A stretch of DNA of 64,000 nucleotides from Candidatus Moraniibacteriota bacterium (GCA_016182385.1 JACPGV010000002.1:55553-119552); one strand, 5' to 3'. Counted from the first letter of the stretch, positions 40,721 through 51,847 are shown. Numbers and translations are program-made. Notes: generated by a model not told the origin, from the sequence alone.

Positions 40721-42820
40721 ATGACCCGGAAAACTTCCATCGAAAAGTATCGTAATATCGGTATTATCGCGCATATAGATGCCGGAAAAACGACAACGAC
40801 GGAGCGCATTCTTTTTTATACCGGTATCACCCATAAAATTGGTGAGGTTCATGAGGGTGAGGCGACAATGGACTGGATGGAGCAGGAACGAGAGCGTGGT
40901 ATTACCATTACTTCCGCTGCCACCACGTGTTATTGGAAGGATTATCATATTAATATTATTGATACTCCCGGGCACGTTGATTTTACCGTTGAGGTAGAGC
41001 GTTCTTTGCGTGTTCTTGATGGCGGAGTGGTTGTTTTTGATGGAAAAGAAGGAGTGGAACCACAATCGGAAACAGTATGGCGACAAGCGGAAAAATATAA
41101 AGTGCCGCGCATTTGTTTTATTAATAAGATCGATAAAGAAGGAGCGGTTTTTGAGGATGCGCTTTCTTCTATTTGGAATCGTTTGACCCCGCATGCCGTT
41201 GCGGTGCAGTATCCGCTTGGTGAGCGTGGTGATTTTTATGGTCTGATTGATCTCATTAAAATGAAGGCTTATACCTTCGATGGAGAAATGGGAGAGAAGG
41301 TGATAGAAGGAGAGATTCCGGCCGAATATGTCGAAACAGCAAAAACATGGCGAGAGAAAATGGTGGAAAAGATTGCCGAAACGAGTGATGCCTTGACCGA
41401 AAAATTTTTGAATGGCGAGGAAATTTCTGAGGAAGAACTCAAACAGGCTTTGCGAAAGGCAACGATTGAGGTGCGCTTGCATCCCGTACTCACCGGTACC
41501 GCTTTGCGAAATAAAGGAGTGCAACTTGTTTTGGATGCGGTGGTGGATTATCTTCCGTCGCCTGTCGATATTCCGGCTGTGAAAGGAATCAATCCAAAGA
41601 CGGAAGAGGAGATTTTTTGTGAGACCAAAGATGATGTTCCTTTTTCAGCCTTGGCCTTTAAGATTGCTACCGATCCGTTCGTGGGGCAATTGACGTTTTT
41701 TCGTGTTTATTCGGGAACTATTAAAGCGGGATCGTACGTACTGAATTCTACAAAAGATGAAAAGGAACGTGTCGGACGTATTGTGCGTATGCATGCGAAT
41801 CATCGTGAAGAAATTGAGGAGCTTTCAGCGGGTGATATCGGCGCGCTTGTTGGTATGAAAGCAACGACTACGGGTAATACGTTGTGTGATCTGGATCATC
41901 CGGTTATTCTCGAATCTATATCTTTTCCTGAACCGGTTATTGATATTTCCGTTGAACCGAAGACGAAAGCCGATCAGGAAAAAATGGGCGTGGCCTTAAA
42001 AAAACTTTTGGAAGAAGATCCTACTTTCCGTGTACATACGGACGAAGAGACAGGACAGACGATTATGTCAGGAATGGGTGAGCTTCACCTTGATATTCTT
42101 GTGGATCGTATGAAGCGTGAATTTAAAGTGGAAGTCAATGTTGGTCGCCCACAGGTGGCATATCGTGAAACGATTCGACAAATGGCCGAAGCGGAAGGAA
42201 AATATATTCGTCAATCCGGTGGTCGTGGACAGTATGGTCATTGTTGGATTCGTTTGGAGCCGAATGAACAGGGCAAGGGATATGAGTTTATCGATGAAAT
42301 TAAAGGTGGCGTTATTCCTCAGGAATTTATCAAACCGATCAACAAGGGTATCGAGGAAGCCTCTCAGACAGGCGTGCTTGCTGGTTACCCGACTGTCGAC
42401 ATTAAGGCGACGGTCTATGACGGTTCTTTTCATGATGTTGACTCGTCGGAAGCGGCGTTTAAGATTGCTGGATCTTTGGCATTCAAGGAAGCGATGCGGA
42501 AAGCAAAACCGGTTATCCTTGAGCCGATTATGAAGGCAGTGGTTATTACGCCGGAACAGTTTATGGGAGACATCGTGGGAGATATTTCCGCCAAACGAGG
42601 TGTTATCAAAGAAATGAACGCGCGTGGTGAGGGGGCGGCTCAGGTCAAAGAAATTCACGCTGAAGTACCGCTTTCTTCGATGTTTGGTTACGCGACACAG
42701 ATGCGTTCGATGAGTCAGGGTCGCGCCAGCTATTCGATGGAATTCGGACATTATGCTGAAGTGCCGAACAACGTGGCTACCGAGATCATCGGCGCTCGGA
42801 CAACGAGCGAGGGGAAATAA
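40721..42820 (+). CDS. fusA: Elongation factor G.
   Basis: [27 protein letters not shown] and domains II-V are present. The protein is 699 aa. Confidence 0.97.
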   Translation: MTRKTSIEKYRNIGIIAHIDAGKTTTTERILFYTGITHKIGEVHEGEATMDWMEQERERGITITSAATTCYWKDYHINIIDTPGHVDFTVEVERSLRVLDGGVVVFDGKEGVEPQSETVWRQAEKYKVPRICFINKIDKEGAVFEDALSSIWNRLTPHAVAVQYPLGERGDFYGLIDLIKMKAYTFDGEMGEKVIEGEIPAEYVETAKTWREKMVEKIAETSDALTEKFLNGEEISEEELKQALRKATIEVRLHPVLTGTALRNKGVQLVLDAVVDYLPSPVDIPAVKGINPKTEEEIFCETKDDVPFSALAFKIATDPFVGQLTFFRVYSGTIKAGSYVLNSTKDEKERVGRIVRMHANHREEIEELSAGDIGALVGMKATTTGNTLCDLDHPVILESISFPEPVIDISVEPKTKADQEKMGVALKKLLEEDPTFRVHTDEETGQTIMSGMGELHLDILVDRMKREFKVEVNVGRPQVAYRETIRQMAEAEGKYIRQSGGRGQYGHCWIRLEPNEQGKGYEFIDEIKGGVIPQEFIKPINKGIEEASQTGVLAGYPTVDIKATVYDGSFHDVDSSEAAFKIAGSLAFKEAMRKAKPVILEPIMKAVVITPEQFMGDIVGDISAKRGVIKEMNARGEGAAQVKEIHAEVPLSSMFGYATQMRSMSQGRASYSMEFGHYAEVPNNVATEIIGARTTSEGK

Positions 42821-42851
42821 AGAGAAAAAATTGATTTTCAGATCGAGACAT

Positions 42852-42880
42852 TTGACAGAATTTTGATTGATTGGTATCAT
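42852..42880 (+). promoter_or_regulatory. Promoter upstream of tuf.
   Basis: TTGACA, 17 nt, then TATCAT. Confidence 0.4.
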
Positions 42881-42989
42881 AGCGAGTGACGCTTTTTTTC
42901 CGAGCTTTTTTCGTTTTTACGGAAAGATTCTTCGGAAAAAAAATTAAATAGACAAGTTTTATTAATTTATAATTTATTACTTAAAGGGT

Positions 42990-44180
42990 ATGGCAGAGCA
43001 ATTTCAGCGAACCAAGCCGCACGTAAACGTCGGCACCATCGGTCACGTTGACCATGGTAAGACAACTCTCACGGCTTCTATCCTCCATGTGCTCAGCATG
43101 AAGGGTTTTGCCAAAGAGAAGGGCGTAGACGAAATCGATAAGGCTCCGGAAGAAAAGGAGCGTGGTATTACTATTTCGACGTCTCATTGCGAATATGAGT
43201 CTGATAAACGACACTACGCGCACGTAGACTGTCCCGGACACGCTGACTATATCAAGAACATGATTACCGGCGCCGCCCAGATGGACGGAGCTATTTTGGT
43301 GGTGTCCGCTACCGATGGTCCCATGCCTCAGACACGCGAGCACATTCTTTTGGCTCGTCAGGTAGGCGTGCCGGCTATCGTTGTTTTCTTGAACAAGGTT
43401 GATATGGTTGATGATCCGGAACTTATTGACCTCGTAGAGGCGGAAGTTCGCGAATTGCTTTCCAAGTACGAGTTTGATGGTGATAACGCTACCATTGTTC
43501 GTGGAAGCGCCTTGAAGGCCTTGGAATCGAAATCGATTGATGAAGATGCGGCCAAGCCGATTCTTGATCTTATTTCTGCGCTTGATGAAAAAATTCCTGA
43601 GCCGGTTCGTGATACCGATAAGCCGTTTTTGATGCCGATTGAGGATATTTTTTCGATTGAAGGTCGCGGAACGGTAGTAACCGGTCGTATTGAGCGAGGT
43701 GTTATCAATATCAACGAAGAAGTGGAAATTGTTGGTATTCGTGATACGGCAAAGACGGTTGTTACCGGTATTGAGATGTTTAACAAATCTCTTGATCGTG
43801 GTCAGGCTGGTGATAATGCCGGTCTCCTCATCCGAGGTATCAAGAAAGAAGATGTGGAACGTGGTCAGGTGCTTGCTAAGATTGGCTCTATCACTCCGCA
43901 CACAGAATTTGAAGGTGAAGTCTACGTTCTTTCCAAAGAAGAAGGTGGTCGTCATACTCCATTTTTTTCCAATTATAAACCGCAGTTTTATATTCGTACC
44001 ACTGATGTAACCGGAGAGGTGAAGTTGCCCGAAGGTACTGAAATGGTAATGCCTGGAGATACGGTGAAACTTACCGTGAAGCTTTTGGCTCCGGTTGCCA
44101 TGGAAGAAGGTATGCGTTTCGCTATTCGTGAAGGTGGACGCACGGTTGGTGCTGGTGTAGCAACGAAGATTTTGAAATAA
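42990..44180 (+). CDS. tuf: Elongation factor Tu.
   Basis: [20 protein letters not shown] and NKVD are present. The protein is 396 aa. Confidence 0.97.
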   Translation: MAEQFQRTKPHVNVGTIGHVDHGKTTLTASILHVLSMKGFAKEKGVDEIDKAPEEKERGITISTSHCEYESDKRHYAHVDCPGHADYIKNMITGAAQMDGAILVVSATDGPMPQTREHILLARQVGVPAIVVFLNKVDMVDDPELIDLVEAEVRELLSKYEFDGDNATIVRGSALKALESKSIDEDAAKPILDLISALDEKIPEPVRDTDKPFLMPIEDIFSIEGRGTVVTGRIERGVININEEVEIVGIRDTAKTVVTGIEMFNKSLDRGQAGDNAGLLIRGIKKEDVERGQVLAKIGSITPHTEFEGEVYVLSKEEGGRHTPFFSNYKPQFYIRTTDVTGEVKLPEGTEMVMPGDTVKLTVKLLAPVAMEEGMRFAIREGGRTVGAGVATKILK

Positions 44181-44281
44181 ATCTCTTCGAGAAAATTGAG
44201 TGGTGGGCGATAGTGGGAAAAAATATCGCCTCCACGAATGTTTTCTGGACGAGAAGAAAAATTTATAGTATTGTTGACACA

Positions 44282-44608
44282 ATGAAAAAGATAGAGACGG
44301 CGCAAAATTTGCGCGTGAGAATTAAAATCAAGGCATACGATCATAAAGTGATCGACCAGTCCGCGCGTAAGATCGTTGAAACGGCCGAACGTACGGGCGC
44401 TCAGATTACCGGTCCGGTGCCTCTTCCTACGGAGATTCACAAGGTGACGGTAAATCGTTCGACCTTTGTTCACAAGAATTCTCGTGATCAGTACGAGATG
44501 CGGGTGCACAAGCGTTTGATCGATATCGTCAATCCTACTGCTAAAACTATCGACAATTTGACGAATCTTGATTTGCCGGCAGGGGTAGATGTAGAAATAA
44601 AAATGTAA
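44282..44608 (+). CDS. rpsJ: 30S ribosomal protein S10.
   Basis: [40 protein letters not shown]. The start is taken at ATG 44282. Confidence 0.9.
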   Translation: MKKIETAQNLRVRIKIKAYDHKVIDQSARKIVETAERTGAQITGPVPLPTEIHKVTVNRSTFVHKNSRDQYEMRVHKRLIDIVNPTAKTIDNLTNLDLPAGVDVEIKM

Positions 44609-44797
44609 AGTAGAGAATGCGGTTTTTTGCAAATATACAAATTTTACGGAGAATAATCGATAAAACGATTGGTCTGTGAAGTTTGTAGATTTGTAAAGAT
44701 TTTCGTGGTCTACAAAAAAACTCGTTTGAGTCTCTTCCTTTTCAGGCATGTGGTGGAGGATGAGATACTAAGCGAAACCAAGTTTCAATTTTTGAGA

Positions 44798-44826
44798 CTG
44801 GCTGGCTTAGCCCAGTTTTTTGTTTG
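44798..44826 (+). terminator. Intrinsic terminator or attenuator in the unusually long (253 nt) rpsJ-rplC spacer.
   Basis: ctggctggcttagcccag hairpin followed by TTTTTTGTTTGT. Confidence 0.4.
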
Positions 44827-44861
44827 TAAGTTGAAAAGTATAAGATACCGAAGACACGATC

Positions 44862-45470
44862 ATGAAATTTCTGATAGGAAAAAAACTTGGCATGACAACA
44901 CTTTTTGATGAAACAAAGGGTGCTTTGAACGTGACGCTTATCGTGTGTGATCAAAATACGGTTACATCGCATCGTACGATGGAAAAGGATGGGTATATGG
45001 CGGTACAGGTGGAAACGCAAAAGACCAAAAAAAAATCAGTTCGTAAAGAATTTCGTTTTGATAAGGGTATTGCCGCAGGTGAAGATCGGACCACTCTTCT
45101 TAAGGAGCTTGAACAATATACGGTTGGCGCTCCTCTCGATGTAGCATCCTTTTTGGTTGGAGAGCGAGTGCATATTACGGGCGTGACCAAGGCAAAAGGT
45201 TTTCAAGGCGTGGTGAAGAGACACGGTTTTGGAGGTGCTCCGGCGAGTCATGGTCGGAAACATGATATGCGAAAACCTGGTTCTATTGGGCCGACTTTTC
45301 CTGAGCACGTTATCAAGGGTCGTCGTATGGCCGGACGTATGGGTGGTGTCAATATGACGGTGCGCAATCTTTCTATCGCGTATGTTAATAAGGAAGAGGG
45401 TATTATCGCTGTTCGTGGTGCTGTCCCAGGAGTAAATGGCCGATTGCTTACCATAGTAAGCGCCAAGTAA
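44862..45470 (+). CDS. rplC: 50S ribosomal protein L3.
   Basis: GKKLGMTTLFDE...; the GVTKAKGFQGVVKRHGF motif. Confidence 0.9.
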   Translation: MKFLIGKKLGMTTLFDETKGALNVTLIVCDQNTVTSHRTMEKDGYMAVQVETQKTKKKSVRKEFRFDKGIAAGEDRTTLLKELEQYTVGAPLDVASFLVGERVHITGVTKAKGFQGVVKRHGFGGAPASHGRKHDMRKPGSIGPTFPEHVIKGRRMAGRMGGVNMTVRNLSIAYVNKEEGIIAVRGAVPGVNGRLLTIVSAK

Positions 45471-45481
45471 TAAAGAAACGT

Positions 45482-46138
45482 ATGATGCGTGTTACGGTGA
45501 AAAACATAGCTGGAGAGGATGTTAAGGAAATCTCATTAAAAGATTTTATTTTTGATGTTCCTAAAAACGATGCCTTGGTTCACCAGGTATATGTAGCTCA
45601 GTCCGGCAATAAGCGGATTGCTATTGCTCACACAAAAGATCGAGCCGAACGTGCTGGTTCCGGTATTAAGCCGTGGCGACAAAAAGGTACCGGACGAGCC
45701 CGAAGCGGATCGGTACGGAGTCCGTTATGGCGAAAAGGTGGAGTGACGTTTGGTCCCACGAAGGATCGTAACTTTAGTAAAAATACCACTCATAAAATGC
45801 GCCAGAAGGCCACGATGATTGCTTTGAGTGAAAAGATTCGCCAGGGTGTCTTCATCGTGCTTGATGAATGGCGTTATACCGAAAAGAAAACAAAGCTTTT
45901 TGCTCATACTTTGAGTGCTCTCGGCGTTGGCAAGAAGAGCGCGTTACTCGCTCTTGCCGCTGATGAAAAACACGTGTCTCTTATGAGTCGCAATATTCCC
46001 AAAGTAGAGCATATGCCGGTAGAAGCTATCAACGTGCTCCAACTTCTTGATCGAGAGTATGTTGTTGTGACAGAAGCTGGTATCAAGGCATTGGAAGCGC
46101 GTTTTGCTGCTTGGGAACGACAAGAAACGAAACAATAA
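45482..46138 (+). CDS. rplD: 50S ribosomal protein L4.
   Basis: Its position within the S10 operon and L4-like sequence (...KPWRQKGTGRARSGS.RSPLWRKGG). Confidence 0.9.
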   Translation: MMRVTVKNIAGEDVKEISLKDFIFDVPKNDALVHQVYVAQSGNKRIAIAHTKDRAERAGSGIKPWRQKGTGRARSGSVRSPLWRKGGVTFGPTKDRNFSKNTTHKMRQKATMIALSEKIRQGVFIVLDEWRYTEKKTKLFAHTLSALGVGKKSALLALAADEKHVSLMSRNIPKVEHMPVEAINVLQLLDREYVVVTEAGIKALEARFAAWERQETKQ

Positions 46139-46145
46139 AGAAACT

Positions 46146-46523
46146 ATGGCATTATTTAGCAATACAACTGAAGAAAAAACGACGAAAGAAAAAGCGGTCG
46201 CGACAGAGAAAAAAGTTGCTTCCGGTAAGGAGAGCGTTTTGGCTACTCGAGTTCTTGCTCGCCCGCGTATTACGGAAAAAGCGTATTCCTTGAATGCTTT
46301 TCGTCAGTATGTTTTTGTTGTAACGAAAGAGGCCACGAAAAAATCCGTGAAAAGGGCTATTGAAGAGGCATATGGTGTGCATGTAGAAAAGGTTCGCATG
46401 ATATGTTTGCCGGAAGAGACACGGGTATTTGGAAAAACGATGGGAAAGAGAAGTGCTATAAAAAAGGCGATTGTTACCTTACAGGAGGGAGAGTCACTGG
46501 AGTTGTTCAAAGGTGGAATGTAA
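46146..46523 (+). CDS. rplW: 50S ribosomal protein L23, with an N-terminal extension of about 30 aa.
   Basis: VLARPRITEKAYSLNAFRQYVFVVTKEATKKSVKRAIEEAYGVHVEKVRM. Confidence 0.85.
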   Translation: MALFSNTTEEKTTKEKAVATEKKVASGKESVLATRVLARPRITEKAYSLNAFRQYVFVVTKEATKKSVKRAIEEAYGVHVEKVRMICLPEETRVFGKTMGKRSAIKKAIVTLQEGESLELFKGGM

Positions 46524-46531
46524 AAAGAATT

Positions 46532-47359
46532 ATGGCAATAAAGATTTACAAAAAAAATACAGCCGGCCGGCGTTTTATGTCCATAGTAAAACCGGAAGGT
46601 ATTACCGATAAGGCTCCTGAGAAGTCTCTTTTGGCCGCGCACAAGAAAAGAGCCGGTCGTTCTGGTGGAAAGATTTCCGTTCGTCATCAGGGTGGTGGAC
46701 ACAAGCGTCGCTATCGAGTGATAGATTTTCGTCAAAATAAAATTGGCGTTCCCGGTCGGATAGCTCATTTGGAAAAAGATCCTAATCGTTCAGCTCTTAT
46801 TGCTTTGGTGCACTATGTTGATGGTGATAAACGGTATATTTTGGCTACTGACGGAATGAAGCAGGGTCAACATATCGTGACGGACGAAGGGGCACCGGTG
46901 GTCAATGGAAACCGTTTGTTGTTAAAAAACATTCCTGCCGGCTCAACTATTTGTAATATTGAATTGACCATCGGAAAGGGAGGACAAATTGTACGAAGCG
47001 CCGGATCGCAGGCGACACTTATGGCTCTTGATGGACCGATGGCTCAGGTAAAATTGAGCTCTGGTGAGGTACGTTTGGTAAATAAAAATTGTTATGCCAC
47101 TCTTGGACAAGTAAGCAACTTCGAACATAACGCCGAACGCATCGGAAAAGCCGGACGTGCTCGTTGGCTCAATCGTCGGCCGACTGTTCGTGGTACTGCT
47201 ATGAACCCGGTAGATCACCCTCATGGTGGTGGAGAGGGTCGTCAACCACTCGGTATGCATCCGAAGACTCCCTGGGGAAGACCGGCGCTTGGGAAAAAGA
47301 CAAGAAAAAAGAAACACCGGAGCAATAAGTATATTGTCAGTCGTCGTTCTAAAAAATAG
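46532..47359 (+). CDS. rplB: 50S ribosomal protein L2.
   Basis: MAIKIYKKNTAGRR...; VRGTAMNPVDHPHGGGEGR. Confidence 0.95.
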   Translation: MAIKIYKKNTAGRRFMSIVKPEGITDKAPEKSLLAAHKKRAGRSGGKISVRHQGGGHKRRYRVIDFRQNKIGVPGRIAHLEKDPNRSALIALVHYVDGDKRYILATDGMKQGQHIVTDEGAPVVNGNRLLLKNIPAGSTICNIELTIGKGGQIVRSAGSQATLMALDGPMAQVKLSSGEVRLVNKNCYATLGQVSNFEHNAERIGKAGRARWLNRRPTVRGTAMNPVDHPHGGGEGRQPLGMHPKTPWGRPALGKKTRKKKHRSNKYIVSRRSKK

Positions 47360-47382
47360 GATAGTCTAACACGTAGAAACGT

Positions 47383-47730
47383 ATGTCGAGAAGTCTCAAA
47401 AAAGGTCCCTATGTTGATCCTCGAGTGCTCAAAAAACTCGAAGGGAAAAAACTTGGTGATCGAACAATTATCAAAACATGGTCTCGGGCTTGTACAATCT
47501 CTCCGGAGATGATAGGCTTTACCTTTGGCGTGCATAATGGAAGGGAATTTGTTTCGGTTTTTGTCACCGAGGATATGGTGGGACATAAGCTTGGAGAGTT
47601 CTCTTCAACAAGGAAATTCCAACGTCATGGTGGTAAGATGCAGAAAGATTTGGAAGCGGCAGCCAAGCAACGAGAGCTCGATGCTGCCAAGGCTGCCAAG
47701 GCCGCTGCTCCAGTAGCTGGTAAAAAATAG
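47383..47730 (+). CDS. rpsS: 30S ribosomal protein S19, with a C-terminal extension of about 25 aa that is Lys/Ala-rich.
   Basis: [18 protein letters not shown]...GHKLGEF..TR.F.. plus the tail [18 protein letters not shown]. Confidence 0.9.
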   Translation: MSRSLKKGPYVDPRVLKKLEGKKLGDRTIIKTWSRACTISPEMIGFTFGVHNGREFVSVFVTEDMVGHKLGEFSSTRKFQRHGGKMQKDLEAAAKQRELDAAKAAKAAAPVAGKK

Positions 47731-47735
47731 CAATT

Positions 47736-48269
47736 ATGAAAGTATACGCAACACTCAACAATCTTCGTATTGCCCCTCGTAAGGTGCGTCTGGTGACACA
47801 CATGCTTGTTGGTGTTGATGCTCGTGAGGCTCTGGCGCAACTTGATAGACAGGCGAAGCGATCATCAAAACCGATTCAGACCTTGTTGAAAAGCGCTTTG
47901 GCCAATGCCACAAATAACTTTGGCTTGGACGAAAGCAACCTCTATATTTTTGAGGTATGTGTGGGAGATGGTTTGCGTTTGAAACGTTGGCTCCCGAAAG
48001 CTTTTGGTCGGGCAACCCCGCTTTTGCGTCGTGGTTCTAATGTTACCGTGGTGCTTGAAGAGAAGGTAGAAGGAAAAAACCGTATATTGAAAAAAGATAT
48101 AGCGGCAGAGGAAACGGTAAAAGAGGGAGAGGTGATTTCTAAGGAAAAGGAAGAAAAGAAATCTCACGTTCTTAAATCGGAAACAAAAACTCTTTCCGGA
48201 AAAGATATTTCCAAGAAAACAGCGAATAAAACAGCTATTAAAAAAGTATTTCAACGAAAATCCGTATAA
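47736..48269 (+). CDS. rplV: 50S ribosomal protein L22, with a charged C-terminal extension of about 65 aa.
   Basis: NLRIAPRKVRLVTHMLVGVDAREALAQLDRQAKRSSKPIQTLLKSALANA. Confidence 0.9.
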   Translation: MKVYATLNNLRIAPRKVRLVTHMLVGVDAREALAQLDRQAKRSSKPIQTLLKSALANATNNFGLDESNLYIFEVCVGDGLRLKRWLPKAFGRATPLLRRGSNVTVVLEEKVEGKNRILKKDIAAEETVKEGEVISKEKEEKKSHVLKSETKTLSGKDISKKTANKTAIKKVFQRKSV

Positions 48270-48284
48270 ATCATACACAGTGTT

Positions 48285-48935
48285 ATGGGTCATAAAGTTA
48301 ATCCAACAGGTATTCGTATCGGTATCACGACCAATTGGCAGTCGCGTTGGTTTGGTGTGAAAAAAAATTACCGAGAACAACTGCGCAAGGACGTGGAGAT
48401 CCGCGAGCTTATTATGAGTAAATGGAAGGCCGCGGCTATTTCTTCCGTGGAAATTGAGCGTTCGGCGAACGCGGTTCGCCTTATGGTTCATACGGCGCGC
48501 CCGGGAGTGCTTATCGGTCGTGGTGGTACTGGCATTGAAGATTTGACCCGAGTTGTTCGTAAGAGATTTTTTGCCGGGAAAAAAGTTGAACTCAAGGTTG
48601 AGGTGCAGGAGGTAAAGAATCCGGAAATGAACGCGATGCTTGTCGGACAGCAGGTCGCCGAGCAACTGGAGAAGCGCATGCCTTTTCGACGGGTATTAAA
48701 GGGTATGCTTGATCAGGTAGAGGCAAACAAGGCCGTACAAGGAGTAAAGATAGAAATTGCCGGACGTTTGGGTGGCGCGGAAATGTCTCGTCGGGAATGG
48801 CTTTCTCGTGGAAAAATTCCTCTTCATACATTGCGAGCCGATATTGATTTTGCCCGGACGGAAGCAAGAACGACGTATGGGGTTATCGGAGTGAAGACAT
48901 GGATTTATAAAGGAGAAAAGTTTTCCGAGATTTAA
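48285..48935 (+). CDS. rpsC: 30S ribosomal protein S3.
   Basis: MGHKVNPTGIRIGITTNWQSRWF; KH domain. Confidence 0.95.
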   Translation: MGHKVNPTGIRIGITTNWQSRWFGVKKNYREQLRKDVEIRELIMSKWKAAAISSVEIERSANAVRLMVHTARPGVLIGRGGTGIEDLTRVVRKRFFAGKKVELKVEVQEVKNPEMNAMLVGQQVAEQLEKRMPFRRVLKGMLDQVEANKAVQGVKIEIAGRLGGAEMSRREWLSRGKIPLHTLRADIDFARTEARTTYGVIGVKTWIYKGEKFSEI

Positions 48936-48978
48936 AAAAAGAATGAAAGAGATGCAACAGCAATAAAGAGCACTGTTT

Positions 48979-49389
48979 ATGTTAATGCCAAGAAAAGTAA
49001 AACATAGAAAGATTCATCGCGGTGGCTGGTCCGGAGGAAAGGCGACAAGCGGCGATAAGGTGAGTTTTGGAAGTTATGGCCTCAAAGCAACCGAAGAGGG
49101 TCTTGTTTCCGCTCGCCAAATTGAAGCGGCGCGTCGAGCGATGACTCGTTCTATCCAGCGTGGAGGCAAGGTGTGGATTCGCATTTTTCCTGATAAGCCG
49201 ATGACAAAAAAAGGGGAGCAAACACCAATGGGAAAAGGAAAAGGAAGCGTGGATCATTTTGTTGCCAAAATCAGAGCCGGAAAGATGTTGTTTGAACTCG
49301 ATGGTATCGCTAAGGAAACAGCAGCAGAAGCGATGCGTTTGGCGGCACACAAGTTGGCGATAAAAACCAAGTTTGTGGAGCGACAGTAA
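48979..49389 (+). CDS. rplP: 50S ribosomal protein L16.
   Basis: [15 protein letters not shown]...; [12 protein letters not shown]. Confidence 0.95.
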   Translation: MLMPRKVKHRKIHRGGWSGGKATSGDKVSFGSYGLKATEEGLVSARQIEAARRAMTRSIQRGGKVWIRIFPDKPMTKKGEQTPMGKGKGSVDHFVAKIRAGKMLFELDGIAKETAAEAMRLAAHKLAIKTKFVERQ

Positions 49390-49416
49390 GAGAAGAGTAT
49401 TTATGAATCAAGAAAT

Positions 49417-49635
49417 ATGAAAGCAAAAGAGTGGCGGGAAAAATCGAGCGGTGAAAGAGAAAAGATGATCGCGGAATTGCGTGATAAATTGCGCACGGTT
49501 CGTTTTGGTTTGGTAACTCGCGAAATAAAAAATAACAGTGAGTATCAAAAGATAAAAAAAGATATTGCTCGTCTCCTCACTCTGCAGAGAGAAGATTTCG
49601 ATGAAACATCTGATGTTAAGAAAAATATCGTATGA
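49417..49635 (+). CDS. rpmC: 50S ribosomal protein L29.
   Basis: KEWREKSSGEREKMIAELRDKLRTVRFGL... Confidence 0.85.
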   Translation: MKAKEWREKSSGEREKMIAELRDKLRTVRFGLVTREIKNNSEYQKIKKDIARLLTLQREDFDETSDVKKNIV

Positions 49636-49892
49636 ACACTCAAGCGACAGCACAAAAAGTAAAGAAGGCGCCAAAGATGAGCGGCGTTGTGGTGAGTAAC
49701 AAGATGGTAAAAACCATCGTGGTTGCCGTTGACACATTGAAAACGCATCCGAAATACTTGAAACAGTATCGTTCAACGAAGAAATATAAAGTTCATACAG
49801 AAGGAAATCATGCGATAGGAGAGAAAGTGGTATTTCAGGAGTGCCGACCGATAAGTAAGGACAAGCGTCACAAAATAGTTACTGAAGAATAA
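49632..49892 (+). CDS. rpsQ: 30S ribosomal protein S17.
   Basis: [42 protein letters not shown]... Confidence 0.9.
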   Translation: MNTQATAQKVKKAPKMSGVVVSNKMVKTIVVAVDTLKTHPKYLKQYRSTKKYKVHTEGNHAIGEKVVFQECRPISKDKRHKIVTEE

Positions 49893-49897
49893 CGAGT

Positions 49898-50269
49898 ATG
49901 ATTCAAGCGGAAACATGGTTAAAAGTAGCAGATAACACCGGCGCTAAAATGATCGAGTGTTTTAAGGTGCTCGGCGGTACTCGTCGACGGTATGCGACGC
50001 TTGGTGATATCGTTGTGGCGTCTGTGAAATTTGCCGAGCCGCGTGGTATGGTGAAAAAGGGCGATAAGGTAAAAGCGGTTATTGTGCGTCAGGTAAAGAT
50101 GTATCGACGCAAAGATAATTCTTACATTCGATTTGATGAAAATGCTGCCGTTATCCTTGAGGCAAATAATATTGATCCCAAAGGGACGCGTATTTTTGGA
50201 CCAGTGGCTCGTGAATTGCGTGAGAAAGGTTTCGCTAAAATCGTATCTCTCGCTCCGGAAGTTCTCTAA
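49898..50269 (+). CDS. rplN: 50S ribosomal protein L14.
   Basis: [27 protein letters not shown]... Confidence 0.95.
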   Translation: MIQAETWLKVADNTGAKMIECFKVLGGTRRRYATLGDIVVASVKFAEPRGMVKKGDKVKAVIVRQVKMYRRKDNSYIRFDENAAVILEANNIDPKGTRIFGPVARELREKGFAKIVSLAPEVL

Positions 50270-50282
50270 TGTTTTTACGATT

Positions 50283-50588
50283 ATGAAGATTAAGAAAAAT
50301 GATCAAGTGGAAATAATAGCTGGTAAAGATCGCGGAAAACGCGGTGAGGTTTTGCGTGTTTTTCCGGGGTTGGAGAAAGTGATTGTAAAAGGAGCCAATG
50401 TGATGAAGCGCCACATTCGTTCTCGGCGCGATGGAGAGAAAGGTCAACGCGTAGAAAAAGAGATGCCGATACATGTTTCCAACGTTATGCTCGTCTGTCC
50501 TCATACTGACAAGCCAACCCGTGTGGGATATGTTTTTCAGGGAGGTGAGAGAGCGCGAATGAGTAAACAGTCGAAGAAAACTATCTAA
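50283..50588 (+). CDS. rplX: 50S ribosomal protein L24.
   Basis: MKIKKNDQVEIIAGKDRGKRGEVLRV (KOW domain). The start is taken at ATG 50283. Confidence 0.9.
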   Translation: MKIKKNDQVEIIAGKDRGKRGEVLRVFPGLEKVIVKGANVMKRHIRSRRDGEKGQRVEKEMPIHVSNVMLVCPHTDKPTRVGYVFQGGERARMSKQSKKTI

Positions 50589-50598
50589 GTGAGAGAGA

Positions 50599-51171
50599 TT
50601 GCATATGAAAATGCCACGTATAAAACAAGTGTATAAGGAAAAAGCGATACCCGGGTTAAAGAAAGAACTTGGTATTGAAAATCCGATGGCTATACCACGT
50701 CTTGCCAAGGTGGTTGTTAACGTTGGAGTAGGAAAGATTCTCAAAGACACTAAGCGCGTGGAAGACGTGATTGCTTCTCTGGAGGCTATAACCGGTCAAA
50801 AGGTAGTGCAAACAAAAGCGCGTAAAGCTATCGCTGGTTTCAAGACACGTGAAGGACTGGAAATTGGAGTGCGAGTAACGCTGCATGGCGCGCGGATGTG
50901 GGATTTCCTGGACAGGCTTTTTCATGTGGCATTACCGCGAGTCCGTGATTTTCAGGGTATTCAGAGAAGTGCTATTGATAAGAGCGGTAATGGAAACATT
51001 GGTATCAAAGAACACACGGTTTTTCCAGAAATTGTTCCCGAAAAAGTTCAGCATATTTTCAGTTTTCAAATTAATATTGTAACGACGGCAAAAAATAAAA
51101 AAGAAGGTGAAGCCTTGTTTCGCCTGATCGGACTTCCTTTGCGACAAGAAGAAGATAAACAAGAGAAATAA
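50599..51171 (+). CDS. rplE: 50S ribosomal protein L5.
   Basis: PRLAKVVVNVGVG...; its position in the spc operon. Confidence 0.9.
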   Translation: MHMKMPRIKQVYKEKAIPGLKKELGIENPMAIPRLAKVVVNVGVGKILKDTKRVEDVIASLEAITGQKVVQTKARKAIAGFKTREGLEIGVRVTLHGARMWDFLDRLFHVALPRVRDFQGIQRSAIDKSGNGNIGIKEHTVFPEIVPEKVQHIFSFQINIVTTAKNKKEGEALFRLIGLPLRQEEDKQEK

Positions 51172-51192
51172 CATGATACAAGAGTAATTTTT

Positions 51193-51378
51193 ATGGCCAA
51201 AACATCTACAGCTGCACGAGCGCTTAAAACCCCGAAATTTTCCACCCGTATTGTCAGACGGTGTTGGAAGTGTGGTCGGAAGCGGGGATACCTGCGCCAA
51301 TTTGATATATGCCGTATTTGTTTTCGTGAACTGGCTAATACCGGTGAGATTCCCGGAGTGAAGAAGGCCTCCTGGTAG
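51193..51378 (+). CDS. rpsN: 30S ribosomal protein S14, type Z (zinc-binding).
   Basis: 61 aa with [23 protein letters not shown] (a C4 zinc ribbon). Confidence 0.9.
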   Translation: MAKTSTAARALKTPKFSTRIVRRCWKCGRKRGYLRQFDICRICFRELANTGEIPGVKKASW

Positions 51379-51411
51379 TTAATAGCTAATGCCCTTAATG
51401 TTCGTAAAGAT

Positions 51412-51819
51412 ATGCTTGATCCAATCGCAGACATGTTAACAAGAATTCGAAACGCGCAGGCCGCCGGTCACGCGAGCGTTTCTTTGCGCTCCTCGAAACT
51501 AAAATTTATTATTGCCGGGATTTTGGAAAAAGAGGGTTTTGTTGACCGTGTTGAAAAAATCAAGGATGAAAAAAATCTGGAAACCCTTACTGTTTGGCTT
51601 AAATACACGAAAGTTTCTCAAACACAAAAGGTTCCTGCGATTCGTGAAATATCTCGAGTAAGCAAACAAGGATGCCGTATTTACGTGAAAAATGGAGATA
51701 TTAAGAAGGTGAAAAATGGTTATGGTATCGCTATCGTTTCAACATCGCAAGGGGTAATGACGGGCGGTGAGGCCTTTGCCAAAGGTTTGGGCGGCGAATA
51801 TATTTGTAAGGTTTGGTAG
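51412..51819 (+). CDS. rpsH: 30S ribosomal protein S8.
   Basis: MLDPIADMLTRIRNA... Confidence 0.95.
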   Translation: MLDPIADMLTRIRNAQAAGHASVSLRSSKLKFIIAGILEKEGFVDRVEKIKDEKNLETLTVWLKYTKVSQTQKVPAIREISRVSKQGCRIYVKNGDIKKVKNGYGIAIVSTSQGVMTGGEAFAKGLGGEYICKVW

Positions 51820-51847
51820 TGAATAAAAAGAGCATAAGATTGTTATT

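Noticed and set aside
42981-44282. 433-aa minus-strand ORF antisense to tuf. Similar long antisense ORFs occur opposite fusA (42068..42880), the amidase (4156..4926), comEC and rpoB.
   Set aside because: They overlap unambiguous, highly conserved genes on the other strand and have low-complexity, unrecognisable translations. They are typical antisense artefacts of coding regions.
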